From: Acidimicrobiia bacterium UBA5794
GTDB taxonomy: Bacteria > Actinomycetota > Acidimicrobiia > Spongiisociales > UBA5794
NCBI GenBank assembly: GCA_002418265.1
Contig: DIDS01000014.1
Location: 146,503-210,502 of the forward strand
Direction of reading: 5' to 3'
Length of the DNA stretch: 64,000 bases
The notes beneath the pieces are model-generated. The model made no database searches. It had not been told where the DNA came from and worked only from the letters and a program-made list of their open reading frames with translations. The translations under genes and the position numbers were made by a program. This document shows, one piece after another, positions 7,651 through 16,697 of this stretch. Positions within the stretch are counted from its first letter, which is position 1. Every line of letters starts with the position of its first letter.

Positions 7651-10037
7651 GAAACACCCACCTCGATGTGTATGCGCCCTGTCGGGAACCCCTCTGGTGG
7701 CTCAACCATGATCAGGGGTGGGAACTCAAATGCGGGTACCTCTTTCGGGCCGAATCTGCCGGGCTTGCCCCTCGCCACATCTCGAAGAGCGGCAACGATC
7801 TTGTCCGGTGTGAAGGGTGTCTGATCCATGCGGATCCCGAGGGCATTCCAGATTGCATTTGCCACAGCTGGAATGACGGGGAGCAGTGGACCTTGCCCTA
7901 CCTCCTTCGCTCCGAAGGGTCCCTCAGGATCGTCGGAATCGATGAGAATGGCCTCCACTGGGGGCATGTCGAGCGATGTGGGCATCTTGTAGTCCAGCAA
8001 TGACGGACCACGGTGCAATGCTCCACGGAAGTCATCGGCCTCAAAGAGTGCCTCCCCCAGCCCCATGTAGACGCCCCCTTCGATCTGGCCCTCGACGAGC
8101 AGCGGGTTGATCGATTGACCGATGTCGTGTGCGAGCCAGACCTTGTCAACGGTGACGATGCCCGTATCGGGGTCACAGTCGACCTCGACGACTGCTGCCG
8201 AATAGCTGTAGGCAGGTGAGATCCCGACTCCGGCACCCTTGTAGGGTCCCGCAAGCTTGGGGGCTCGATAGCTGCCCGATTCGATCAGCGGTCCGCCACT
8301 GGCAATGGCGAGTGCAACGGCCTCGGCCCAGGACACGCCCGTGTCGGGTTCTTCGGCATCTTCTATTCGCCCGTTCTGCGCGACAAGACTCTCGATGGGC
8401 GCTCCGAGCTTGTCGGCGACAGCGGCAAACACACGATCCTTGACGGCCGTTCCTGCTTCGAGCGCAGCGTTGCCTCCCATGAAGGTGACCCGTGATGAGT
8501 AGCTGCCCAGATCGACAGGGGTGAGGTCGGTATCGGCCGTGACCATTGCAATGTCAGACGGCTCAAGTCCGAGGACCTCGGCAACAACCGTTGCGAGCAT
8601 GGTTGTCGATCCCTGCCCGATGTCGGTGGCCATCGAGAACACGGTGACGCCACCTCCACGGTCGACCTTGATCTGGACCTCGGATTGGGGCATCTCGTTG
8701 AAGTAGATGGGAAGCCCAGCTCCACACATGTAGGCGCCCACCGCGATTCCAACACCCTTGCCGGCAGGCAGGTTCTCAAATTTCTCCTTGAATCCTGATG
8801 CCTCGGCGACACGTTCAATACATTCCGAGAGGGCACAACTCGTGATCCTGAGATGGTTCACCGTCATGGAATTCGGCTCTACTGCGTTGATGAGACGAAT
8901 GGCGACAGGGTCGATCCCGAGATCCTCGGCTGCTTTGTCGAGTTGACATTCGAGGGCGAATCTCGGCTGCGGTGTTCCATGACCACGCTTTGGTCCACAG
9001 GGAGGCTTGTTCGTGAAGACCCGCACCCCCTCAAACCGATAGTTCGGAATCTGATAGGTCGATGTCTGGAGGGCGCCCGTGTAATACAACGAGGCGGCTC
9101 CATAGCTTCCGAAGGCACCACCTTCGAGGAAGGTCTTGAAGTGACATGCCGTGATGCGGCCCTCGGTGTCGAAACCGGTCTTGACCCACATCAGAACAGG
9201 GTGACGACCCCGGTGTGCATAGAAGACCTCCTCACGGGTCAGGGTGAACTTGACCGGTCGTCCCGTGACCATTGCAAGCTTCGCTGCAACGATTTCGTGT
9301 GAGAACGGATCGGTTTTGCCACCGAACCCACCCCCGACGGGAGCGGCAACAACCCTGATCTGACCGGCCGGCATTTCCAGCACCTTGGCAAGAGTCCGGT
9401 GCACATAGTGCGGTACCTGCGTCGAAGACCACAGCGTGACCCTGCCACCGGGTTCAGCAGTGGCCAAGGCTGCGTGTAGCTCGAGCGCAGCGTGGGTGTT
9501 TCCTGCGAAATAGAAGACGTCCTCACGAATGTGGTCCGCTGAGGCGAGTCCTTCATCAACATCTCCGAATTCCAGTGCCGCGGTCCGATGGACGTTCAGT
9601 CCCTTGCCTTCCCCGTGGATGAGATCGCGATCTTCGAGCAGTGCCCCATCGATCGAGGCAACCGTGTCGAGCGGCTCATAGGTGGCCTTGATGAGATCGA
9701 CGGCTCGTTCGGCGGTTTCGGCATCGATGGCAGCGACGGCTGCGATGGGTTCCCCCACATGCCTGACCTTGCCGACGGCGAGAGCTGTTTCGTCCTGGCT
9801 GACGGGAAGAATGCCATACGTGATCGGAAGGTCGGTGCCAACAAGCACGGCCTTGACACCGTCGAGGGCTTCAGCCGCCGAAGTGTCAATTGAGATGATC
9901 CGTGCATGGGCCTGCGTGCTTCGTGCGAGACGCCCGATGAGCATCCCGGGAAGGGTCATGTCGTCGGTGTACTTCGTCCGCCCCATGGTCTGTTCCATGC
10001 CATCGATTCGCGGCCCAGCGGTACCAACAGCGTGCAT
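7647..10037 (-). CDS. hcrA: molybdopterin-binding large subunit of an xanthine-dehydrogenase-family enzyme (4-hydroxybenzoyl-CoA reductase alpha-like)
   Basis: It is 796 aa with aldehyde oxidase/XDH a/b-hammerhead and Mo-binding segments (GGGFGGK, GQGSTT). It sits between the 2Fe-2S and FAD subunit genes. Confidence 0.85.
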   Translation of the reverse strand: MHAVGTAGPRIDGMEQTMGRTKYTDDMTLPGMLIGRLARSTQAHARIISIDTSAAEALDGVKAVLVGTDLPITYGILPVSQDETALAVGKVRHVGEPIAAVAAIDAETAERAVDLIKATYEPLDTVASIDGALLEDRDLIHGEGKGLNVHRTAALEFGDVDEGLASADHIREDVFYFAGNTHAALELHAALATAEPGGRVTLWSSTQVPHYVHRTLAKVLEMPAGQIRVVAAPVGGGFGGKTDPFSHEIVAAKLAMVTGRPVKFTLTREEVFYAHRGRHPVLMWVKTGFDTEGRITACHFKTFLEGGAFGSYGAASLYYTGALQTSTYQIPNYRFEGVRVFTNKPPCGPKRGHGTPQPRFALECQLDKAAEDLGIDPVAIRLINAVEPNSMTVNHLRITSCALSECIERVAEASGFKEKFENLPAGKGVGIAVGAYMCGAGLPIYFNEMPQSEVQIKVDRGGGVTVFSMATDIGQGSTTMLATVVAEVLGLEPSDIAMVTADTDLTPVDLGSYSSRVTFMGGNAALEAGTAVKDRVFAAVADKLGAPIESLVAQNGRIEDAEEPDTGVSWAEAVALAIASGGPLIESGSYRAPKLAGPYKGAGVGISPAYSYSAAVVEVDCDPDTGIVTVDKVWLAHDIGQSINPLLVEGQIEGGVYMGLGEALFEADDFRGALHRGPSLLDYKMPTSLDMPPVEAILIDSDDPEGPFGAKEVGQGPLLPVIPAVANAIWNALGIRMDQTPFTPDKIVAALRDVARGKPGRFGPKEVPAFEFPPLIMVEPPEGFPTGRIHIEVGVS

Positions 10038-10520
10038 CTACTCGGCCCTCCCGAGGGTGCGCGTCGCTGCGAGGTGCACCGCGCTGATGATCGCGACATA
10101 TCCGGTGCATCGACAGAGATTCCCTGCCAACGCCTCGTTGATGTCGTCGGTTGTTGGATCCGGATTGGTGTCGAGCAGGGATCTGGAGGACAGGATCATG
10201 CCGGGGGTGCAGTAGCCGCACTGGGCCGCCCCGAGCTCGGAAAAGGCGGTTTGGAGTTCATCGGGAAAAGGACCATCGGACAGACCCTCGATGGTTGTGA
10301 TTTCGCGCCCTTCGACCTGACTCGCGAGCGTGATGCACGACAGCATCGGTTTGGAATCGACAAGGACGGTGCATGCCCCACATTCACCGAGATCACAGCC
10401 GTGCTTGGTGCCGGTCATGTCGAGATCCTTGCGCAGAACTTCAAGGAGTGTCCGATGTGAGGATGTCACCACTGTGTGCAAGGCACCATTGACAGTCAGT
10501 CTGAGAATGGACTCAGTCAT
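10038..10520 (-). CDS. hcrC: [2Fe-2S]-binding small subunit (4-hydroxybenzoyl-CoA reductase gamma-like)
   Basis: It has the CDLGECGACTV and CGYCTPG...CRCTGY cluster motifs. The start is trimmed to ATG 10518-10520, which overlaps the upstream stop (ATGA). Confidence 0.9.
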   Translation of the reverse strand: MTESILRLTVNGALHTVVTSSHRTLLEVLRKDLDMTGTKHGCDLGECGACTVLVDSKPMLSCITLASQVEGREITTIEGLSDGPFPDELQTAFSELGAAQCGYCTPGMILSSRSLLDTNPDPTTDDINEALAGNLCRCTGYVAIISAVHLAATRTLGRAE

Positions 10521-11767
10521 GTGCTCGATCCATCCATGTCTGAGCTGGCCACAAGTGTCGAGGTTCTGATGAAAGCGTTCCCTTCCGCGATTCTGCGGGC
10601 GGTCCGGTGGTAGGTCGCTTCCGAGACATCCCATGGGCCGGCTTCGCCCGTGGCCGACCTCGTGACACTTGCCCTCACGGGCATGACACCCGAGGTATGG
10701 CCGATGATAACTTGGTCTGGCACGGCTCTATCCGGTCGGGCGACGGCGCTGACAGTCGTGCCTTCGATACATGCAGCAACGCCCGTACATGCTGCGAGCG
10801 TCCCCGGATAGGCCTTGTGAAGAACGGGTGGTCTCCCCCCGACGACCCGGGCAACGACATCGACCTGCGAGGCATCGATGCGGTCACCGCTTGCGTAGCT
10901 GGTGTAGGACGCTGGTTCAGAAACGAGCGCAGGAACCGGGATGAGACCGTCATCTGGCATGCCGAGCAGTCGGGCGGATGCGGCCTTGACCTCTGAGACG
11001 GCCGCAAGGTGTTCGTCGGTGAATTCTGCCGGTCCCTCGGTGCCTTTCAGCCCGATCGCGTCGGCTCTGAAGAACACCGTGAGGTTCGCGAGGTCAACAA
11101 TCGTGATCTCCACCGGTCCGAAGGGGGTGTTGACGGTATCTGATTCGTTACCCGTTGGAAGCAGTGACCCGGTGATTCCTCCGGCGGTCTGTGCGAAGTC
11201 GAGCGCAATGCTTGCTCCCGTACCCGGAACGCCGTGGACCATGTAGTCACCCTCGACACCTGCAACACCATCGACGATCGGAACGTGGGCGAGGAGGACT
11301 CGACCTGTGTTGGTGTTGTGGACCCGTACGGTGGTCACCGGCTCCGTGACAGACACGAGTCCTTCATCAATGGCAAAAGCCCCGACGGCTGCCGAGATGT
11401 TTCCACAGTTGATGTCGAAGTCAACGACTGGCTCGGTGATCGAGACTTGGGCAAAGGTGTAGTCGAGATCGGCATCGGGCCTCGTCGATGGTCCGATGAT
11501 CGCCAACTTGGACGTGAGGAGATCTGCGCCACCAAGCCCGTCGATCTGACGCGGATCGGGACTTCCGAACAGCGAGAGGATGAACGCGTCTCGGGCCTGG
11601 TCGCTTGCTGGGAGGACATCGGAGCGGAGGAACAGTGCCTTACTGGTGCCGCCGCGCATCAACACGAAGGGAATCGACACCTGCTCGGGAGCGATGAGTG
11701 TCAGCGAGTCACGATCTGAACGGTGCACGCAGCTCCTTCGATCCCGACTGCTTTCCCTCCTCGACAA
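10517..11767 (-). CDS. PrpF-family isomerase (2-methylaconitate isomerase, methylitaconate isomerase or oxalomesaconate tautomerase family)
   Basis: It has the MRGGTSKALF N-terminal signature, and the DapF-like fold pattern runs throughout. The true start is probably downstream of 11767, which overlaps the thiolase gene by 67 nt. Confidence 0.8.
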   Translation of the reverse strand: MSRRESSRDRRSCVHRSDRDSLTLIAPEQVSIPFVLMRGGTSKALFLRSDVLPASDQARDAFILSLFGSPDPRQIDGLGGADLLTSKLAIIGPSTRPDADLDYTFAQVSITEPVVDFDINCGNISAAVGAFAIDEGLVSVTEPVTTVRVHNTNTGRVLLAHVPIVDGVAGVEGDYMVHGVPGTGASIALDFAQTAGGITGSLLPTGNESDTVNTPFGPVEITIVDLANLTVFFRADAIGLKGTEGPAEFTDEHLAAVSEVKAASARLLGMPDDGLIPVPALVSEPASYTSYASGDRIDASQVDVVARVVGGRPPVLHKAYPGTLAACTGVAACIEGTTVSAVARPDRAVPDQVIIGHTSGVMPVRASVTRSATGEAGPWDVSEATYHRTARRIAEGNAFIRTSTLVASSDMDGSST

Positions 11768-12843
11768 TGAGCGAGTCCAATATTCGCTCCTTCGATCTGA
11801 CGGTCCCCGGCCTCGCCACGGAGCTGACGAACGAGCTCAACAACCTGAGCAACGCCGGTTCCACCGAGTGGGTGACCCTTTCCGATGAGTCCGCCGCTCG
11901 GATTCACCGGGAGCCGTCCATCGATGTTCGCTTCGCCACGCTCAACTGCCCGTGGATAGCTTCCCTGCTCAAAGAGGCCGAGCCCTTCAACTCTGAGAAC
12001 CTCGGCGATGGAGAAGCAGTCATGCACCTCGGCGAAGTCAACGTCTTCGGGGCCGATCCCTGCCTTCTCGTAGGCATCCAGTGCCGTTGCCCACGTCAAG
12101 GGCTCGTACGTCATCGAGGTTGGTTCGACATCGACGGAACCTGAACGCAGCGACGATGCCGCAAGCTTCACGCCACGACCGTTTGCATATTTGGCTGCTG
12201 CCCGGTCGCTCATCATGATGACAGCGGCCGCACCGTCGGTGACGGGCGAGCAGTCATGAAGTCGTAGCGGATCTGCAACGGCACGTGACTCGAGGACATC
12301 TTCGACGGTGATCGCCTTACGAAAATGTGCAAGAGGGTTTTGGGCAGCATTTGCCTTGTTCTTGACGGGAATCAATGCGAGCTGCTCACGAGTCATGCCG
12401 TGGTCTGCCATGTACCTTGTGGCCCGCATTGCGTAGATGCCTGGCATCGTTGCACCGATGGCTGCCTCAGGGTCGGACGGATCCGGTGTGAGAGCACCGG
12501 CGAATTGGGAGGTGAGGTGCTCCGTTCCGACCGCAACGACAACATCATTTTCACCGGCACGGATGGCAAGCGAAGCTTCCCGGATGGCGGTTGCACCGCT
12601 GCTACAGGCATTCTCGACATTGACGAGCGGCAATCCTGCAAGCCCCACCTGTGCAAGGATGCGCTGGCCCATCACCATGCCCTGGAAGACGTGGCCGACG
12701 TAGGCAGACTCGATGAGTCTCGCGTCGATCCCGGCGTCTGCTATGGCTTCGAGGAGGGCTGCTGCACCAAGATCCGTGGCGTCGCTGTCGGGGTGCTTAC
12801 CAAATCGGGTCATCCCGACTCCGGTGATGTGAACTTGGGTCAT
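11701..12843 (-). CDS. thiolase-like protein (SCP-x/BbsB type, partner of a DUF35 protein)
   Basis: It has the VGMTRFGKH start and the NACSSGATA active-site Cys segment. It is 380 aa and overlaps the DUF35 gene by 4 nt. Confidence 0.85.
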   Translation of the reverse strand: MTQVHITGVGMTRFGKHPDSDATDLGAAALLEAIADAGIDARLIESAYVGHVFQGMVMGQRILAQVGLAGLPLVNVENACSSGATAIREASLAIRAGENDVVVAVGTEHLTSQFAGALTPDPSDPEAAIGATMPGIYAMRATRYMADHGMTREQLALIPVKNKANAAQNPLAHFRKAITVEDVLESRAVADPLRLHDCSPVTDGAAAVIMMSDRAAAKYANGRGVKLAASSLRSGSVDVEPTSMTYEPLTWATALDAYEKAGIGPEDVDFAEVHDCFSIAEVLRVEGLGLFEQGSYPRAVERGEANIDGRLPVNPSGGLIGKGHPLGGTGVAQVVELVRQLRGEAGDRQIEGANIGLAHCRGGKAVGIEGAACTVQIVTR

Positions 12844-13259
12844 TTTGTTACCTCGCTCGGTCGAAATCGGTAACCGGTGAGGGGATGGCCTTCGTCGTCT
12901 TCACCAAAGGGTTCGAGCGAGAGCTCCATCGGCATTCCGATCCTGATGTCCTCGAAGTCTATGCCAGAAATCTGACCCATGATCCGAACACCCTCGGGGA
13001 AATCGACATATCCGAGTGCGTATGGCACCTCAAAGGCAGGGGTTGACTGGCGGACAATGGAGTACGTGTAGAGGACTCCCTCGGTGGAGAACGGGATCGT
13101 TTCGAGATCCTGGCTCAGGCACCCAGCGCAGGCTTCGCGAACTGGGAAAAAACTCGCCCCGCAGGCTCGGCAGCGACTTCCCATGAGGTTTCCGGTTCCG
13201 TCGGATCGCACCTCGAGCTCGCCTGGCCGGAACGATGCACCCATCACAGATGTAGTCAA
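12840..13259 (-). CDS. DUF35 OB-fold / Zn-ribbon protein (thiolase partner, BbsA-like)
   Basis: It has a CRACGASFFP...CAGC zinc ribbon followed by an OB-fold segment. Confidence 0.85.
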   Translation of the reverse strand: MTTSVMGASFRPGELEVRSDGTGNLMGSRCRACGASFFPVREACAGCLSQDLETIPFSTEGVLYTYSIVRQSTPAFEVPYALGYVDFPEGVRIMGQISGIDFEDIRIGMPMELSLEPFGEDDEGHPLTGYRFRPSEVTK

Positions 13260-13418
13260 TGATCCTCCTCCATATGCAACCTTCCGTCCGGTCGGTCGAC
13301 TTCGTCGAGTGTCTCCATCACACCTCGCTGCGTCAATGGGCTACCAACGCCATTTGTATGGTACAAAGACCTCACGAGTGAAGAACCGAACAACGATGAC
13401 CGATGACCGATGTCGACC

Positions 13419-13475
13419 CTTCTTCCCGTCCTCCCCCCTGTCTTCTTCCCGTCCTCCCGCTTGCGGGGGGACGGG
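13419..13475 (+). repeat. duplicated C-rich arm (CTTCTTCCCGTCCTCCC at 13419-13435 and 13444-13460) plus a G6ACGG hairpin (13448-13475)
   Basis: The direct repeat and an 11-12 bp stem, CCCGTCCTCCC(gcttgc)GGGGGGACGGG, were read from the sequence. It is homologous to hairpins at 35454-35481 and 35501-35527. Confidence 0.8.
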
Positions 13476-13522
13476 TTTGAACCGACTCTGACATCCGACG
13501 TCCGAGTTCTCGCCTAATGCAA

Positions 13523-13544
13523 ATGCATCATGTAAATGATGCAT
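13523..13544. promoter_or_regulatory. candidate operator: perfect 9-bp inverted repeat ATGCATCAT-gtaa-ATGATGCAT in an AT-rich patch
   Basis: It lies 44 nt upstream of the ATG at 13588, in the divergent region between the two catabolic operons. Extra AATGCA half-site repeats precede it at 13516-13528. Confidence 0.55.
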
Positions 13545-13587
13545 CGCGCGGATTGCGGTGAAGGCATCGGGTTGAGACTCTATCCTC

Positions 13588-14889
13588 ATGCCAACCGACC
13601 GGCCGGAAGGCTACGATCATCAAGGAGGCAGCGTGGTGCAAGCGGACAACACCAGCAATCGGGAACAGGAACTGCTCTACGACTGGAACACGATCGGTGG
13701 GGAATCCATCCCAGCACCCAGCGTTGTTGAACTCGACGACGAGTCACTTCGAGATGGCCTTCAGAGCCCTTCGGTGCGCCAACCGAACCTCGACGAAAAG
13801 CTCGACATCCTCCACCGCATGGAAGGTCTCGGCATCCATGCAGCCGACCTCGGGTATCCGGGAGCCGATCCGGTTGTTCTCGACCATGTGGTCGCCCTCG
13901 CCGAGGAGATCCGCAACGAGGGCTTCAAGATCGAGCCCAACTGCGCAGGCCGCACGCATCCCGCTGACATTTTCCCCATCGCAGAGGCCCAGCAGCGTTC
14001 CGGTCTTCCGATCGAAGCGTCCCTCTTCATCGGCATGAGCCCCATCCGCCAGTTTGTTGAAGGCTGGGACGTCGACTTCCTCCTCAAGACCACGGTCGAT
14101 GCCGTGACCCTTGCCCGCAAGGAAGATCTTGAGGTCATGTACGTGACCGAGGACACCACACGGGCACGGCCCGAGATCCTCCGCAAGGTCTATACGGCCG
14201 CCATTGAGGCCGGCGCACGTCGCATCTGCATCGCCGACACCGTCGGACACGCAACACCATGGGGAGTCAAGGCACTCATCAAGTTCGCAGTCGAGATCGT
14301 GAAGGACTCCGGCGAGGACGTCAAGATCGACTGGCACGGGCACCGGGATCGGAACCTGTCGGTCATCAACTCCATCGAAGCGCTCTCCGCCGGCGCACAC
14401 CGCGTCCACGGGTGCGGTGGAGGGATCGGCGAACGTGCCGGGAACACCCCGATGGAGATGTTGCTTGTCAACCTCAAGCTCATGGGATGGCTCGATCACG
14501 ATCTGACAACGCTGCCCGCCTACTGCGAGGCCATCTCGAAAGCAACGGACACACCGATTCCGAACAATTGGCCAGCCATCGGTCAGGATGCCTTTGCTAC
14601 GAGCACCGGCGTGCACGCAGCCGCGGTGCTCAAAGCGATCAACACTGGTGATACGTGGCTCGCAAACCGGATCTACAGCGGCGTGCCCGCCGATGTTCTC
14701 GGTCGGGAACAGGAGATCACTGTCGGACCGATGAGCGGAAAGGCCAATGCCATTGCGTGGCTCACCAAACGGGGCCACGACCCCGACGAACCAACCGTGG
14801 ACAAGATCCTTGCCGCAGCAAAGGCATCGGATCACGTCCTGCTTGAGAATGAGATTCTTGAGCTTCTCTCAACGGCAAACACACCATGA
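13588..14889 (+). CDS. HMGL-like (DRE-TIM) 2-isopropylmalate / homocitrate / citramalate synthase family protein
   Basis: It has the DESLRDGLQSP and HGHRDRNLSV...GIGERAGNTPME motifs. It is 433 aa and lacks a LeuA regulatory domain. The start may be internal. Confidence 0.8.
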   Translation: MPTDRPEGYDHQGGSVVQADNTSNREQELLYDWNTIGGESIPAPSVVELDDESLRDGLQSPSVRQPNLDEKLDILHRMEGLGIHAADLGYPGADPVVLDHVVALAEEIRNEGFKIEPNCAGRTHPADIFPIAEAQQRSGLPIEASLFIGMSPIRQFVEGWDVDFLLKTTVDAVTLARKEDLEVMYVTEDTTRARPEILRKVYTAAIEAGARRICIADTVGHATPWGVKALIKFAVEIVKDSGEDVKIDWHGHRDRNLSVINSIEALSAGAHRVHGCGGGIGERAGNTPMEMLLVNLKLMGWLDHDLTTLPAYCEAISKATDTPIPNNWPAIGQDAFATSTGVHAAAVLKAINTGDTWLANRIYSGVPADVLGREQEITVGPMSGKANAIAWLTKRGHDPDEPTVDKILAAAKASDHVLLENEILELLSTANTP

Positions 14890-16697
14890 CTGTCGACATC
14901 GAACCTCGTAGCGAGACCGGTACCACCGTTCTCCTTTCCGGAAACGAAGCCATTGCCCGTGGTGCGGTGGAGGCCGGAGCCCTTGTGGCAGTCGGCTACC
15001 CCGGTACGCCAAGCACTGAGATTTTGGAATCCATCGCGCACCGCACTGAAATGCAGGTGCGATGGTCACCAAACGAAAAGGTTGCACTCGATGTTGCCCT
15101 CGGAGCGTCCCTTGGTGGAGTTCGGACCCTCTGCACGATGAAGCACGTCGGTCTCAACGTTGCAGCAGACACCTTCATGACCATGGCCTACACCGGAGTC
15201 GGCGCAGGTCTGGTCATCGTCGTTGCAGACGATCCTGGCATGCACAGCTCCCAAAACGAGCAGGACACAAGGGCCTATGCACGCATGGGCGGCGTACCGC
15301 TGCTCGAACCAAGCAACAGCAAAGAAGCAAAAGCATTCACTGCCCTCGCCTTTGAGATCTCAGAGCAATTCGACACACCGGTTCTCGTTCGTACAACGAC
15401 ACGAGTTTCGCACAACCGAGGCGTCGTTGAGCTTGGAGACCGTATGGACAAGCCAGTCGTCGGCTTCGAGCGCAACCCGCAGAAGTACGTCATGATTCCA
15501 GGTCACGCCCGAGGGCGACGGCCGGCTCTCCTGCGGCGCCTCAAGGAACTCGCCGAATATGCCGAAACGAGTCCACTCACCAAGGAATCGGGGACGGGCG
15601 ATTCTTTCGGGGTTGTGACCTCCGGGATCGTACACAACTACCTGCGTGAGGTTCTGCCGGACGCCAAGGCACTCAAACTCGGGATGAGCCATCCCCTCCC
15701 GATCGGGAGAATCAGGGAGTTTTCCAAGACCGTTGACCGCTTGTTCGTGCTTGAAGAGCTCGACCCCATCGTGGAGAACGATCTGCGCGCCGCGGGTATC
15801 GCCGTCGAAGGAAAGGAGTTCTTCCCCCAAGTCGGTGAGCTCAGCCCCGATGCGGTACGACGAGGGTTTGCCGCTGCAGGCATCCTCCCCGAGTACCTCT
15901 CGATCGAGCCAGCACCGGGCACCGTTGCGCGACCCCCGCTCCTGTGCCCCGGGTGTCCCCACACACCTCCGTACCTCGCCCTCAAGCGACTGGGAGCAGT
16001 TGTCACCGGAGACATCGGTTGCTACACCCTTGCGGCGCTTGAGCCGCTCTCGTCGATGGATACCTGTATTGCAATGGGTTCCAGCATTGGGATGGCAGTC
16101 GGTATGGCAGCATCAGGCGGTGCGGGTGCACCGGTTGTTGCGACCATTGGAGACTCGACCTTCCTGCACGGTGGTATTGCAGGACTTGCAGATGCCGTCT
16201 ATGCAGACGCAAACATCACGGTGATCATCCTCGACAACGGAACAACAGCCATGACCGGCGGGCAGGAACATCCCGGCACCGGGACCACACTCCAAGGGGC
16301 GGAAGCAAAAGCTGTCGACCTGGTAGGACTATGTGAGGCTCTCGGTGTCAGGGACGTCCGGGTGATCGACCCCTACGACATGGGTGCAACCTACAGCGCC
16401 ATCGAGGGTGCGGTCGCACACATCGGTCCATCCGTTGTCATCACAAACCGTCCATGTGTCGAGGCGCCGGTCAAGGTCAGGGATACACCCTTCAAGGTGA
16501 TTGCCGAGGCATGTACCGCTTGTCAGCTCTGCATGACTGCGGGTTGTCCTTCAATCGTGTGGTCAGAAGAGACATTCGAAGGTCGCCGCAAGGTCGTCAT
16601 CGATCCGGTCACCTGCACTGGTTGCACCATCTGTGCCCAGCTCTGCCCCCCACTGGCGATCATCCCGATCACCTCAGAAGCGGAGGCAGCACGATGA
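14886..16697 (+). CDS. iorA: indolepyruvate/arylpyruvate:ferredoxin oxidoreductase alpha subunit
   Basis: It has GNEAIARGAVEAG, GYPGTPSTEI and a TPP-binding GDSTF..GG segment. The C-terminal Cys clusters are CTACQLCMTAGCP and CTGCTICAQLCP. ATGA overlap with the upstream gene. Confidence 0.85.
   Translation: MTVDIEPRSETGTTVLLSGNEAIARGAVEAGALVAVGYPGTPSTEILESIAHRTEMQVRWSPNEKVALDVALGASLGGVRTLCTMKHVGLNVAADTFMTMAYTGVGAGLVIVVADDPGMHSSQNEQDTRAYARMGGVPLLEPSNSKEAKAFTALAFEISEQFDTPVLVRTTTRVSHNRGVVELGDRMDKPVVGFERNPQKYVMIPGHARGRRPALLRRLKELAEYAETSPLTKESGTGDSFGVVTSGIVHNYLREVLPDAKALKLGMSHPLPIGRIREFSKTVDRLFVLEELDPIVENDLRAAGIAVEGKEFFPQVGELSPDAVRRGFAAAGILPEYLSIEPAPGTVARPPLLCPGCPHTPPYLALKRLGAVVTGDIGCYTLAALEPLSSMDTCIAMGSSIGMAVGMAASGGAGAPVVATIGDSTFLHGGIAGLADAVYADANITVIILDNGTTAMTGGQEHPGTGTTLQGAEAKAVDLVGLCEALGVRDVRVIDPYDMGATYSAIEGAVAHIGPSVVITNRPCVEAPVKVRDTPFKVIAEACTACQLCMTAGCPSIVWSEETFEGRRKVVIDPVTCTGCTICAQLCPPLAIIPITSEAEAAR

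Noticed and set aside
10521-10634. 38-aa N-terminal extension of the 2Fe-2S subunit ORF.
   Set aside because: It overlaps the PrpF-like CDS. 2Fe-2S small subunits start close to the MTESILRLTVNG segment, and ATG 10518-10520 gives an ATGA junction.
13396-13491. 31-aa ORF (MTDDRCRPFFPSSPLSSSRPPACGGTGLNRL) considered as a leader peptide for attenuation of the LeuA-like operon.
   Set aside because: It has no run of Leu or any other regulatory codon. The ORF is generated by the repeat and hairpin sequence itself, and the likely promoter/operator lies downstream of it.
13744-14835. 363-aa ORF antisense to the LeuA-like gene. Similar long shadow ORFs occur at 18102..19220, 23450..24556, 28003..28974, 34197..35504 and 49959..51287.
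   Set aside because: Each lies entirely opposite a CDS with clear family motifs. Their translations are Arg/Gly/Pro-rich low-complexity sequence typical of stop-poor antisense frames in high-GC DNA. None has a recognisable domain.
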